From Octopus sinensis (taxonomy: Eukaryota): 32,657 bases of DNA. The stretch spans positions 1 through 32,657 of the forward strand of contig NW_021832215.1 in the NCBI RefSeq assembly GCF_006345805.1, given 5' to 3'. The notes beneath the pieces were generated by a model. It saw nothing but the letters and a program-made list of their open reading frames with translations, did no database searches and was not told the DNA's origin. Below, in pieces: positions 12,623 to 23,289 of the stretch. The translations under genes and the position numbers were made by a program. The number at the start of each line of letters is the position of its first letter. Position 1 is the first letter of the stretch.

Positions 12623-12828
12623 ATTCCCATCCACCCCATACTGATCTCACTGACACTACTCCACTGATATTGACCCAAAGTAAGAATGACCCCCCCCCCA
12701 CCACCACCACAAGCACTGACACAATCAACGCCAGTTCCAACCCTGCCCCCCACCTCAGATCATCCTCCCATGCCGCAATGAAACCCACCCAGACGTTGTG
12801 ATAGTGGCTAACGATGTGTGTACTTTAC

Positions 12829-12872
12829 CTTACGAAACATCGCTTCCGACTGGTCAATATTGAAGTTCCTGG
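12829..12872 (-). CDS. SEC14L2: SEC14L2-like coding exon 3 (44 nt; ARNFNIDQSEAMFRK)
   Basis: Acceptor ccttctgtccacag, donor AAG|gtaaag. The phase-1 start completes Ala. Resembles human ARSFDLQKSEAMLRK. Confidence 0.93.
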
Positions 12873-12964
12873 CTGTGGACAGAAGGAAAAGAACATCATC
12901 AGAAACAAGGGTCCAGAAGGAAATTATTGGTATGAGATACCAGTTACATGTTAAGGTCTCACCA

Positions 12965-13310
12965 ATCAACACTAGTTAATTACAAAAAAAGTAACCTCTC
13001 GAAGGAGCTGTTCTTCACTCCTGCTCCAGAGCGTCGGCTGCGGGGTCACTCCGAAAAGCTCTATCTCGGACGATTTCATCTCAATCGAAGGAGAGGGGCT
13101 TTCTCCGTCCGGGCTGTGGATCCGTGGAATAAGCTGCCGGACGCGATAGTGAAGATGCCGACGACCGCTCAGTTCAAAGTCTCTCTTGACCAGAAATGGC
13201 CTGAACTCTTTACATGAACACCCTCCCTGTACATAACTTCATGTCCCCCTACATGGCCTTGTTTTTGCTTTTTGAGCCCCCAAAAATTGAATTAAATTAA
13301 ATTAAAATTG
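12965..13310 (+). mobile_element. CR1/L2-type LINE 3' remnant with (AATTA)n tail, inside coding intron 2
   Basis: LRGHSEKL...FSVRAVDPWNKLPDAIV...FKVSLD, followed by a 3'UTR. Confidence 0.85.
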
Positions 13311-13388
13311 AAACCAGCACCATAAAGACTAACACACCCAAACATACGTTCAGCTGGACAACAAATAGCAAAAGATGAGGATACAGAC

Positions 13389-13458
13389 CTTTGAGCCAGC
13401 GGACGAGGCAGCTGTCATCATGTACGGGTGTGAGGACATCTTTGAGTTTTTCACGGAA
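13389..13458 (-). CDS. SEC14L2: SEC14L2-like coding exon 2 (70 nt; FREKLKDVLTPVHDDSCLVRWLK+G), CRAL-TRIO N-terminal domain
   Basis: Acceptor ttcaaattcag, donor AAG|gtctgt. Matches the SEC14-family motif DDxxLxRWL(R/K)AR. Confidence 0.93.
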
Positions 13459-13540
13459 CTGAATTTGAAATACAAAAAAGAGTGAAAGGTCAATTGCAAC
13501 AGAATTTATATACATCTATACATGCAACTAGATTAAGCAC

Positions 13541-13700
13541 AGTCGTGGTTGTGTGGTAAGAAGGTTTGTTTCCAAACCACATGGTTCCAAGTTCAATCCC
13601 ACTGCTCGACGTCTTGGGTAAGTGCCTTCTAGTATGGTCTCAGACCAAACAAAGCCTTATGAGTGGATTTTGTAGACTGAAAGTGAAAGAAGCCCATTGT
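13541..13700 (+). mobile_element. Family-A SINE head, diverged
   Basis: gtggttgtgtggtaagaag...gttcaatcccactg...cttgggtaagtg...gaaagaagccc. Confidence 0.7.
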
Positions 13701-13704
13701 GCTA

Positions 13705-13744
<40 letters not shown>

Positions 13745-13750
<6 letters not shown>

Positions 13751-15628
13751 CACATGACGTCTATATCTAGCATGTTGACCGTCCACTTTTAGTGGTCAGT
13801 CCTTTAAATTTTGTATGTAAAAAATATTTTAATCTTCGGATTTTTTTAATATGCTAGGCCACTGGTTTTAATTGATTAATATCAATTTCTACCCTTATTC
13901 AATTTTAAATAATAAAAAAATGTTCTCTAACTGGCGGTGCATCAGCATGGCCGCAGCTCTGAGCTGAAACTAGAAAAAAAAAAAAAACCCCGTAAATTGA
14001 CTGCTGCAGTTTATTAACTGCAGGGTAGATTTCCGATCTCAGCACGCCAAAGTGAAGGCATTTGAAGGATACACATAAATATATTTGTTGGACTCTATGC
14101 ATGCTGGACTCCGGTCAAGCGTTTTTGTATCTAGTCCTGCAAATTGTATTTCTATACGACATACTATGCTGATGAGCTTGCAGATTTCCACATATCCATA
14201 TGCGTGGATATTAACAAGCGAAACTGATCGGTACATAGGTAATCGTTATTATTTCGTATATTTTCATTTGTCTTGCTTATTTTTTACACTTTGATTTTGT
14301 GCTGAGTTTTTATTTTAGAACACATTCTTCGTGGAAAATAGCGGTTTGACGTCTATATCTAGCATATTGACCGTCCACTTTTAGTGGTCATCCTTTAAAT
14401 TTTGTATGTAAAAATATTTTAATCTTCGGATTTTTTTAATATGCTCAGCCACTGGTTTTAATTGATTAATATCAATTTCTACCCTTATTCAATTATACAC
14501 ATATTGGCGTATATATCGAGATCGGAAATCCACCTGAAGATTGTCATTGAAGACATGAAACAATTGTAGTGGCGGTTTTTTTTACTTTTTATTAAAATTT
14601 TATGTATTGATTAAGTCTTTCCTTGTTTGTTTTGCAAAATAGTGGTTTTGTCTGTAATTAATATTATGTATATATATATATATAATATACATACACATGA
14701 CGTCTATATCTAGCATGTTGACCGTCCACTTTTAGTGGTCAGTCCTTTAAATTTTGTATGTAAAAATATTTTAATCTTCGGATTTTTTTAATATGCTAGG
14801 CCACTGGTTTTAATTGATTAATATCAATTTCTACCCTTATTCAATTTTAAATAATAAAAAAATGTTCTCTAACTGGCGGTGCATCAGCATGGCCGCAGCT
14901 CTGAGCTGAAACTAGAAAAAAAAAAAAAAACCCCGTAAATTGACTGCTGCAGTTTATTAACTGCAGGGTAGATTTCCGATCTCAGCACGCCAAAGTGAAG
15001 GCATTTGAAGGATACACATAAATATAATTTGTTGGACTCTATGCATGCTGGACTCCGGTCAAGCGTTTTTGTATCTAGTCCTGCAAATTGTATTTCTATA
15101 CGACATACTATGCTGATGAGCTTGCAGATTTCCACATATCCATATGCGTGGATATTAACAAGCGAAACTGATCGGTACATAGGTAATCGTTATTATTCGT
15201 ATATTTTCATTTGTCTTGCTTATTTTTTACACTTTGATTTTGTGCTGAGTTTTTATTTTAGAACACATTCTTCGTGGAAAATAGCGGTTTGACGTCTATA
15301 TCTAGCATATTGACCGTCCACTTTTAGTGGTCATCCTTTAATTTTGTATGTAAAAATATTTTAATCTTCGGATTTTTTTAATATGCTCAGCCACTGGTTT
15401 TAATTGATTAATATCAATTTCTACCCTTATTCAATTATACACATATTGGCGTATATATCGAGATCGGAAATCCACCTGAAGATTGTCATTGAAGACATGA
15501 AACAATTGTAGTGGCGGTTTTTTTACTTTTTATTAAAATTTTATGTATTGATTAAGTCTTTCCTTGTTTGTTTTGCAAAATAGTGGTTTTGTCTGTAATT
15601 AATATTATGTATATATATATATATATAT
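13745..15628 (+). repeat. 943-bp near-identical direct tandem duplication (13745-14687 / 14688-15628)
   Basis: tgacgtctatatctagc starts at 13755, 14347, 14698 and 15290 (period 943). The differences I can see are mainly single-base indels. Confidence 0.92.
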
Positions 15629-15797
15629 GTGGTCAAGTGATGCATATGGACGAGGACAGTTGTGTAAAGAAGTGCTGATCTCTAACTGTGGAGGGAACCT
15701 GTGGTAGAGTTAGACCCAGGAAGGCATGGAATGAGAAGGTGAAGCATGGTCTTTGAACTTTGGGCCTCATAGAGGCAATGACTAGTGACCGAGACCT
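15628..15797 (+). mobile_element. RTE LINE 3' ORF fragment of the same family
   Basis: GQVMHMDEDSCVKKC*SLTVEGTCGRVRPRKAW; aligns by eye with 27640-27810 on the minus strand. Confidence 0.75.
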
Positions 15798-15799
15798 AG

Positions 15800-15970
15800 T
15801 GAGAACTTCCAACTCCAACTCCTGTAGTTTTGCCAATGTCATTTTTGCGATGTGTGGTCTGGCATTGTCTTGCAATAAAAAAGGAGTGGATCTCTTTGAC
15901 TAATCTAGGCTGTATTTTTGTAAGTTTCTGCATCATTTGGCCCAGTTGGCTGTGTTTGAGAAGACCCACC
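15800..15970 (-). mobile_element. Mariner transposase fragment
   Basis: QLGQMMQKLTKIQPRLV followed, after a frameshift, by QDNARPHIAKMTLAKLQELELEVL (second catalytic Asp region). Confidence 0.8.
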
Positions 15971-16147
15971 AAGCCAAATGAAACCATAGTTGTGGATGAT
16001 ACTGATGTCACATAACTGGCATGTAAAAAGCCCCTTCCGAGTGTTGGGCCCCACAAAGGCAAAGTGGCTGAGCTCCTTTTAAGCGTTGGGCCTCACAAAG
16101 GCATGACCAAGATCTTTGGCGTTATGTTGCACTTAAGAAGGCCCTTC

Positions 16148-16333
16148 ATGTCTGTGTTTGTCCCCCCAACATCGCTTGAAACTGATGCTGGTGTGTTTAC
16201 ATCCCTGTCACTTAGCGGTTCGGCAAAAGAGACCGATAGAATAAGTACTAGGCTTACAAAAAATAAGTCCTGGGGTCGATTTGCTCGACTAAACGCGGTG
16301 CTCCAGCATGGCCTCAGTCAAATGACTGAAACT
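16148..16333 (+). mobile_element. Family-A SINE body
   Basis: tgtttgtcccccaacatcgc...ctccagcatggcctcagtcaaatgactgaaac. Confidence 0.8.
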
Positions 16334-16434
16334 AATCTTGGGGTTAGTTTCCTGCGCTCTTAACCACTATGCCATATACCCGTGGGTATATGACGTATTA
16401 ACATTGTTAATAATGGTGTCATATTTTGCCATGA

Positions 16435-16570
16435 GGGCAGCCGTTTTGGGGGAAAGGATGACAGGCAAAGTGAATTTCGGTGGAATTTGAACTCAGAACG
16501 TAACGATGGGTGAAATACCCCTAAGCATTTCATCTAGCATGCTAACGATTCTACCAGCACACCACCTTCT
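16435..16570 (-). mobile_element. Family-B SINE 5' part
   Basis: ggaatttgaactcagaacgtaacg...gctaacgattctaccagc. Confidence 0.7.
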
Positions 16571-17018
16571 TAATGTTGCTCATAATAGCAAGTCAAGAGG
16601 GTAATTAAATATGAATTTCTGCATAAATTAATGTTATTCTAAGGATTACAGAACAATTTGGGAATAAAATTAATGATATCCTTAAATTTAAATAAATTTA
16701 ATTTAATTATAAATTTAGCAAATTAATAATAAATATGGCAATTAACAATAAATGCGCATAAAGATGCCAATTTGGCCGTGTGCATTAATTATTGCAGAAA
16801 TATAGGTAGGTGCAGAAATGAAGAGACGTAATTAACAGCTGAATAAAACTTGATATAAATCTCTGTTCTTCGTTATTACAAATTCATTATTTTCTCTGCC
16901 AAAAACATGCAGTCTCTCTATAGGGCAATATGGATTTACCTATGTGAAGATAGACTGAGGTTAGTATAGCAAAAGAACTGGAGCTTTTTACACACTCACT
17001 GAGGATAGCTGGCATTAA

Positions 17019-17415
17019 TCTTTATATATAAAAGAGAGGTTGTGTGGTGTCTGTCTCCTACGATTTAGATTCCTAACTACGCCCACATTTTGCGGTGCAG
17101 TTTAACCAAAAGCGGGTATCTTATAGTCGTGATTCATATCGAGCCCTTCTGGGTATTAGTGCGTGTCTACAATGAGTCTACGATTTAAAAAAAAATTTAC
17201 CATCAATTTTTCCCATTTTTAATGCATTTTTGGCATATATAAGGGAAGTAACTCTCTAAAAATTTATTATTAAACCTCAGAACGTAAAAAGCTACAGTAA
17301 CATCCCCCCCTTTGTGGTTAGCCATATTGAGATGGCTATTATACCTTACATCTCTAAAAATGCTTTTATACATATTTCCCTTACAAACCCGAGCAACGCT
17401 GGGCGATACTGCTAG
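17019..17415 (+). mobile_element. Non-autonomous Helitron-like element
   Basis: 5' A|TCTTTATATATAAAA; 3' cccgagcaacgctgggcgatactgCTAG|T. Confidence 0.8.
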
Positions 17416-17542
17416 TAACCAATAAATGCAATCACGGTACCCTTTTGGATTCTGTATATCCCTACCAACCGAAATTTGGAAATTTATCTTTAATAGCACT
17501 TGTGTTTGTCTATATGTGCGTGTGTGTGTGTGTGTGTTTGTA

Positions 17543-18335
17543 TACTCTCTTTACTCTTTTACTTGTTTCAGTCATTTGACTGCGGCCATGCTGGAGCACC
17601 GCCTTTAATCAAGCAACTCGACCCCGGGACTTATTCTTTTGTAAGCCCAGTACTTATTCTATCGGTCTCTTTTGCCGAACCGCTAAGTGATGGGGACATA
17701 AACACACCAGCATCGGTTGTCAAGCAATGCTAGGAGAACAAACACAGACACACAAACACACACGCATACATATATATATACATATATACGACGGGCTTCT
17801 TTCAGTTTCTGTCTACCAAATCCACTCAGAAGGCTTTGGTCGGCCCGAGGCTATAGTAGAAGACACTTGCTGAAGGTGCCACGCAGTGGGACTGAACCCA
17901 GAACCATGTGGTTGGTAAACAAGCTACTTACCACACAGCCACTCCTGCGTCTATATATATATATTATATATAATATATATATATATATACGACAGGCTTC
18001 TTTCAGTTTCCGTCTACCAAATCCACTCAGAAGGCTTTGGTCGGCCCGAGGCTATAGTAGAAGACACTTGCCCAAGGTGCCACGCAGTGGGACTGAACCC
18101 GGAACCATGTGGTTGGTAAACAAGCTACTTACCACACAGCCACTCCTTTGCCTATTTATATATATATATATATTACGACAGGCTTCTTTCAGTTTCCGTC
18201 TACCAAATCCACTCACAAGGCTTTGGTCGGCCCGAGGCTATAGTAGAAGACACATGCCCAAGGTGCCACGCAGTGGGACTGAACCCGGAACCATGTGGTT
18301 GGTAAACAAGCTACTTACCACATAGCCACTCCTGT
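17543..18335 (-). mobile_element. Family-A SINE with three tandem 5' heads
   Basis: Body 17543-17760; heads at ~17790-17950, 17989-18150 and 18177-18334, separated by (TA)n. Confidence 0.85.
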
Positions 18336-18440
18336 ATATAGAATAATAGTGGGGAATATAATTCCAAACTTTCAGGGAAAAATTAGGGTTAGGGTTAGGG
18401 TGAGCAATTCTAAGTCAAATTTCACAATATATATGTATAT

Positions 18441-18591
18441 AATTAAGAGAAATAACCTCTATTAAGCAATTCAATAGTGAAACATATTATCCATATTAAA
18501 TAGAAAAAATTTTAATTAAAATTTTTTTCTATTTAATATGGATAATGTTTTTCACTATTGAATTGCTTAATAGAGGTCATTTCTCTCAATT
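18441..18591. repeat. ~150-bp AT-rich spacerless palindrome
   Basis: Centre tttaa|ttaaa at 18515/18516; ~75-bp arms with few mismatches. Confidence 0.9.
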
Positions 18592-18630
18592 ATACACACA
18601 CACACACACACACATTCATATGTCATATTG

Positions 18631-18666
<36 letters not shown>

Positions 18667-19034
18667 TCTGCTGGCCAATTAGTGAAAGGCTTGACATATT
18701 TTTGTAGTTCTGTAAATGTATGTGTGTGTGTGTGTTTGGGCCTTGGTTTCGTATGTATGTTTGTATATGTATGCGTACACATATATACATATGTATGTGT
18801 TTATGTATGCATGTATGTATATATATTTATGGATATGGAGAAATCATGAGTAATGGGAAATTGTATAATTAGCCAAATTACAAAGTCATATGCCCATATT
18901 CATACAGACAAGTTCATGTATATGCATGTATATAAATATGTATGTATATGTATATATATGTTTGTGTATATATATATATATATATATACACATACATACA
19001 TACATGTATGTATACACACACACACACACATATG

Positions 19035-19070
<36 letters not shown>

Positions 19071-19328
19071 CCTAATGATTGACAGCTGAGATGATACCAT
19101 GAAGGTGCTTGTGTGTGTGCTAAGAATGGGGTTATCTGCAAATATGTACTAAGCTGGACACAGTGTCTCGTGGTGAAGAGTGATAACTTATCTGTGTTAA
19201 TGTGTGTGTGTAGACAGAAAGGAGTGGAGAGAGAGGAAGTCATGGGAAAATTATGAAATTATTACAAAATATTAATAAAATTAGGAACAGCTGCTTTATG
19301 GGGTCATGTCTATTTTATGTTTTTCTCT

Positions 19329-19424
19329 ATTATTATTATTATTATTATAACTATTATTATTATATTACTACTACTACTACTACTATTATTATTATCATTA
19401 TTATCATCATCATCATCATCATCA

Positions 19425-19462
<38 letters not shown>
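19329..19462. repeat. (ATT)(ACT)(ATC) compound trinucleotide repeat
   Basis: Read directly from the sequence. Confidence 0.95.
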
Positions 19463-19609
19463 TACTTTTAATCTGCATTGTTACAATTTGTTACGATCAC
19501 TTGCCGACACACAGCCAGCATCCTAGGGCGAGTGAAGGATAAGAGATGAATTCTTGGTAAAGGGAAGTGGCAGTGACAGTAGTGAAATATCTTCTTGTAA
19601 TCTTTTCTA

Positions 19610-19912
19610 CTCTAGGCACAAGGCCCGAAATTTTGGGGGAGGGGGCAGTCAATTAGATCGACCCCAGTACACAACTGGCACTTAATTTATCGACCCCGAA
19701 GGATGAAAGGCAAAGTTGACCTCGGTAGCATTTGAACTCGGAACATAAAGACAGATGAAATACCTATTTTTTTATTACCCACAAGGGGCTAAACATGAGG
19801 GGACAAACAAGGACAGACATAGGTATTAAGTCTTGAACTCACAACATAACGGCAGATGAAATACCACTAAGTATTTCACCTGGTGTGCTAACATTTCTAC
19901 CAGCTCACCACC
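19610..19912 (-). mobile_element. Family-B SINE, rearranged or composite
   Basis: Core gaaggatgaaaggcaaagttgacc, with partial head and tail duplications. Confidence 0.7.
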
Positions 19913-19918
19913 TTAATA

Positions 19919-20288
19919 TCTCTCTATATATAAACGGCAGTTTGTCTGTGTGTGTGTCTGTGTGTCTGTCAGGTTGTACCCTCACCCTGACCATGGCTTT
20001 CAACCGATTCTGATGAAACTTGACACACACATAGCCCAATGTCATAATTCAAAACTAACGCAGCGAAAATTTTGAAAAGTTCCCCCCAGTTCTGAAAAAA
20101 ATCGATAAATTCGACATGGGGTCGAGAATCAGAAACACAAAGCACAGAATGTCTAGGGGACGCAACTCGACCTTTTTAACTCTCATAATTTTTTTTCCAT
20201 TTTTTTCTATTTTTTGGCTATAACTCTCTAAAAATGCTTTATAGTTATTTCCCTTACAAACCCGAGCAACGCCGGGCAATACTGCTAG
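19919..20288 (+). mobile_element. Non-autonomous Helitron-like element
   Basis: 5' A|TCTCTCTATATATAAA; 3' cccgagcaacgccgggcaatactgCTAG|T. Confidence 0.8.
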
Positions 20289-20606
20289 TCTTGTAATAAA
20301 ACAAAGACATTTAAATTAATAGTGCTTTTGTAAGGTTGTGGGCAGTACTTGTCAGCACAATATTTTGGATTTCTCTGAGATATGGTTCTCCTGGGATGTT
20401 ATCTAAATGTTTCTGACATCCCTTTTTATATCATACTTAGGGTCCCTACTATAACAGCAGTAGTTCTTGCTTTACGACGCCACACCTTTTGTATTTCAAT
20501 TTCCAGGTCCTTTATATTTATCTGTTTTGTCATATTCCTTTACAGATATATCTTTATCAGTGAAAATACTTACATCTATTAGTCTACAAGTATTTTCTTC
20601 CCTGTC

Positions 20607-21327
20607 TTAACCCTTTCATTACCGTATTTATTTTGAGATGCTCTGTGTTTCTTTCAATTATTTTAAATATAAGAAAGAATTTAGTAAAATAACTTAGTTA
20701 TCATTCAGCTAGTGTCAGGATCATAAATTGTGACTAAGGTTTGGTGGAAGATTTTTAATTAAAAACTTATGAAAACAAGACATTTGTACTACAGAACCAG
20801 AGCTGGTTTCAGCTGAGTTGGTATCAAAAGGGTCAAAAATATCATGGTGACTTTAACCCTTTTGTTACCGTATTTTTGTAGAGATCTTCTGTGTTTCTTT
20901 CAATTACTTTAAATATAACAAAGAATTTAGTAAAATAACTTAGTTATCATTCAGCTAGTGTCAGGATCATAAATTGTGACTAAGGTTTGGTGGAAGATTT
21001 TTAATTAAAAACTTATGAAAACAAGACATTTGTACTACAGAGCCAGGGGCAGTTTGAGCCAAGTTGGTATCAAAAGGGTCAAAAATATCATGGTGACTTT
21101 AACCCTTTTGTTACCGTATTTTTGTTGAGATGCTCTGTGTTTCTTTCAATTACTTTAAATATAACAAAGAATTTAGTAAAATAACTTAGTTATCATTCAG
21201 CTAGTGTTAGGAACATAAATTGTAACTAATGTTTGGTGGAAGATTTTAATTCGAAACTTAGGGAAACAAGACATTTGTACAACAGAGCCAGAGGCGGTTT
21301 TGGCAGGGTTGGTAATGAAAGGGTTAA
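20607..21327 (-). mobile_element. Tandem array of 3 units of the same MITE, opposite orientation
   Basis: ttaa-ccctttcattacc ... ggtaatgaaaggg-ttaa; units at 20611, 20857 and 21103. The spacer is the reverse complement of the one in the 9-kb array. Confidence 0.85.
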
Positions 21328-21822
21328 ATAATTACTAGCAGAAACACCCGTCATTAACTAGGTTGAAAAAAGCTGTCAAAATTGTACTCTGAATATTGAA
21401 AGTTATTCACTTCAATTGTATTGAACATATGTAAGAAATGGCTGATAACTTTCATGTAGACGATAGAGCTGTTTTTGGCCAATATCATCATGGGTGCATA
21501 AAGGCTTCTGATCTATAATCTCTAGTATTTCAGTCTATAAATGAAGCTAACATCGCACAGACTTTGACTTATGTGTAGCACAAGGTTAACTAATGAAAAA
21601 TTTGGGGAGAACTGAAAATATACGTACAATAATCTGTTGAACTTAAGTATTACAACAAACAAAAATACAAAATGCAGGAAGAAAAATATTGAAAGACATA
21701 AATACATGCAGGGGTGAGGAAGCCGAAAAGGTTCCTCCCATAGATTTTAAGTGCCAAAAAAATTGGCCAAAATCGGTCTGGAGGAGGATGGTGGGGATGG
21801 AAAGGAAAAAATGAACAGCCAC

Positions 21823-22211
21823 AAGAGTGGCTGTGTGGTAAGTAGCTTGTTTACCAACCACATGGTTCCGGGTTCAGTCCACTGCGTGGCACCTTGGGCA
21901 AGTGTATTCTACTATAGCCTCGGGCTGACCAAAGCCTAGTGAGTGGATTTGGTAGACGGAAACTGAAAGAAGCCCGTCGTATATATGTGTATATATATAT
22001 ATATGTGTGTGTGTGTGTCTGTGTTTGTCCCCCTAGCATTGCTTGACAACCGATGCTGGTGTGTTTACGTCCCCGTGACTTAGCAGTTCGGCGAAAGAAA
22101 CCGATAGAATAAGTACTGGGCTTACAAAGAATAAGTCCTGGGGTCGATTTGCTCGACTAAAAAGGCGGTGCTCCAGCATGGCCGCAGTCAAATGACTAAA
22201 ACAAGTAAAAG
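21823..22211 (+). mobile_element. Family-A SINE, full length
   Basis: Head, linker, body and tail all present. Confidence 0.85.
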
Positions 22212-22647
22212 AATAATAATAATAATAATAATAAGAGTAGGCGAAGTAGCAATATTGGGGGGAGGGGTAATAATAACAGTAATAAACATACTTAAGGTAA
22301 CCTGATATGAAGCATTAATACTACCACTCGACATTTAAGGATGGTCTATGTCAGCAGACTACTAAGACTCCTGGGACAGCCATTTGTTTTTAAGCAGCAG
22401 AGTTTTTCAGGATCTAGGCTATTTTTTGGAACAATGAAAACACCATGTGTATGACAGACTTAGGCTGGACTTGCAGTTGATTTAGATTCTATCATAATAG
22501 TGCAGTTGACTCCACCCTGAAGATGCGGCAATTAACAACAGATGCACATAAATTTTGCAGTGTGAATTAATTGCTGCAGAAATTAATTGCTGTGAATTAA
22601 TTGCTGTAGGTGTAGAAATGAAACGAAGTAATTAACTGCTGAATAAC

Positions 22648-23155
22648 ATCATCTTTGTTTAACATCCGCTTTCCATGCTAGCATGGGTTGGACGATTTGA
22701 CTGAGGACTGGCGAACAAGATGGTTGCATCAGACTCCAATCTGATCTGGCAGAGTTTCTACAGCTGGATGCCCTTCCTAACGCCAACCACTCTGAGAGTG
22801 TAGTAGGTGCTTTTTATGTGCCACCAGCACAGGTGCCAGGCGAGGCTAGCAATGGCCACCATCGGATTGGTGCTTTTTATGTGCCACCAGCATGAGGGAC
22901 ACTCAGGCAGTACTGGCACATAAAAAACACCATTTGAGCGTGGCCGTTGCCAGTACCGCCTGACTGGCCCTTGTGCCGGTGGCATGTAAAAGCACTCACT
23001 ACTCTCAGTGGTTGGTGTTAGGAAGGGCATCCAGTTGTAGAAACACTGCCAGATCAGATTGGAGCCTGGTGCAGCCTCCTAGTTTCCCAGACCCTGGCCG
23101 AACCGTCCAACCCATGCTAGCATGGAGAACAGACGTTAAACGATGATGATGATGA
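22648..23155. mobile_element. Inverted pair of RTE 3'UTR copies with tails pointing outward
   Basis: The left arm starts catcatc...ccatgctagcatgggttggacg; the right arm ends with its reverse complement plus gatgatgatg. Confidence 0.8.
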
Positions 23156-23289
23156 GTGTATTTTTTTCCTTGTTAATCTTCACTTCCCTGAATAGAAATT
23201 ACATTACAGCCATCTGGTTCACCAGTCCTCAATCAAATCGTCCAACCCATGCTAGCATGGAAAGTGGACATTAAATGATGATGATGTAA

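Noticed and set aside
16935-17015. Possible alternative mini-exons on the minus strand (ATGCCAGCTATCCTCA|gtgagt; ctcag...catag|gtaaat)
   Set aside because: No SEC14 similarity, and the phase is incompatible with or unsupported for exon 2. RNA-seq would be needed.
17717-18325. 202-aa ORF with a threefold repeat; similar recurrent ORFs such as [16 protein letters not shown] and FQSFDCGHAGAPP
   Set aside because: They are read-through of SINE heads and bodies, with no protein-family signal.
18383-18400. (TTAGGG)3 as a telomere or fusion site
   Set aside because: Only three units, with no head-to-head arrays; too short to support that claim.
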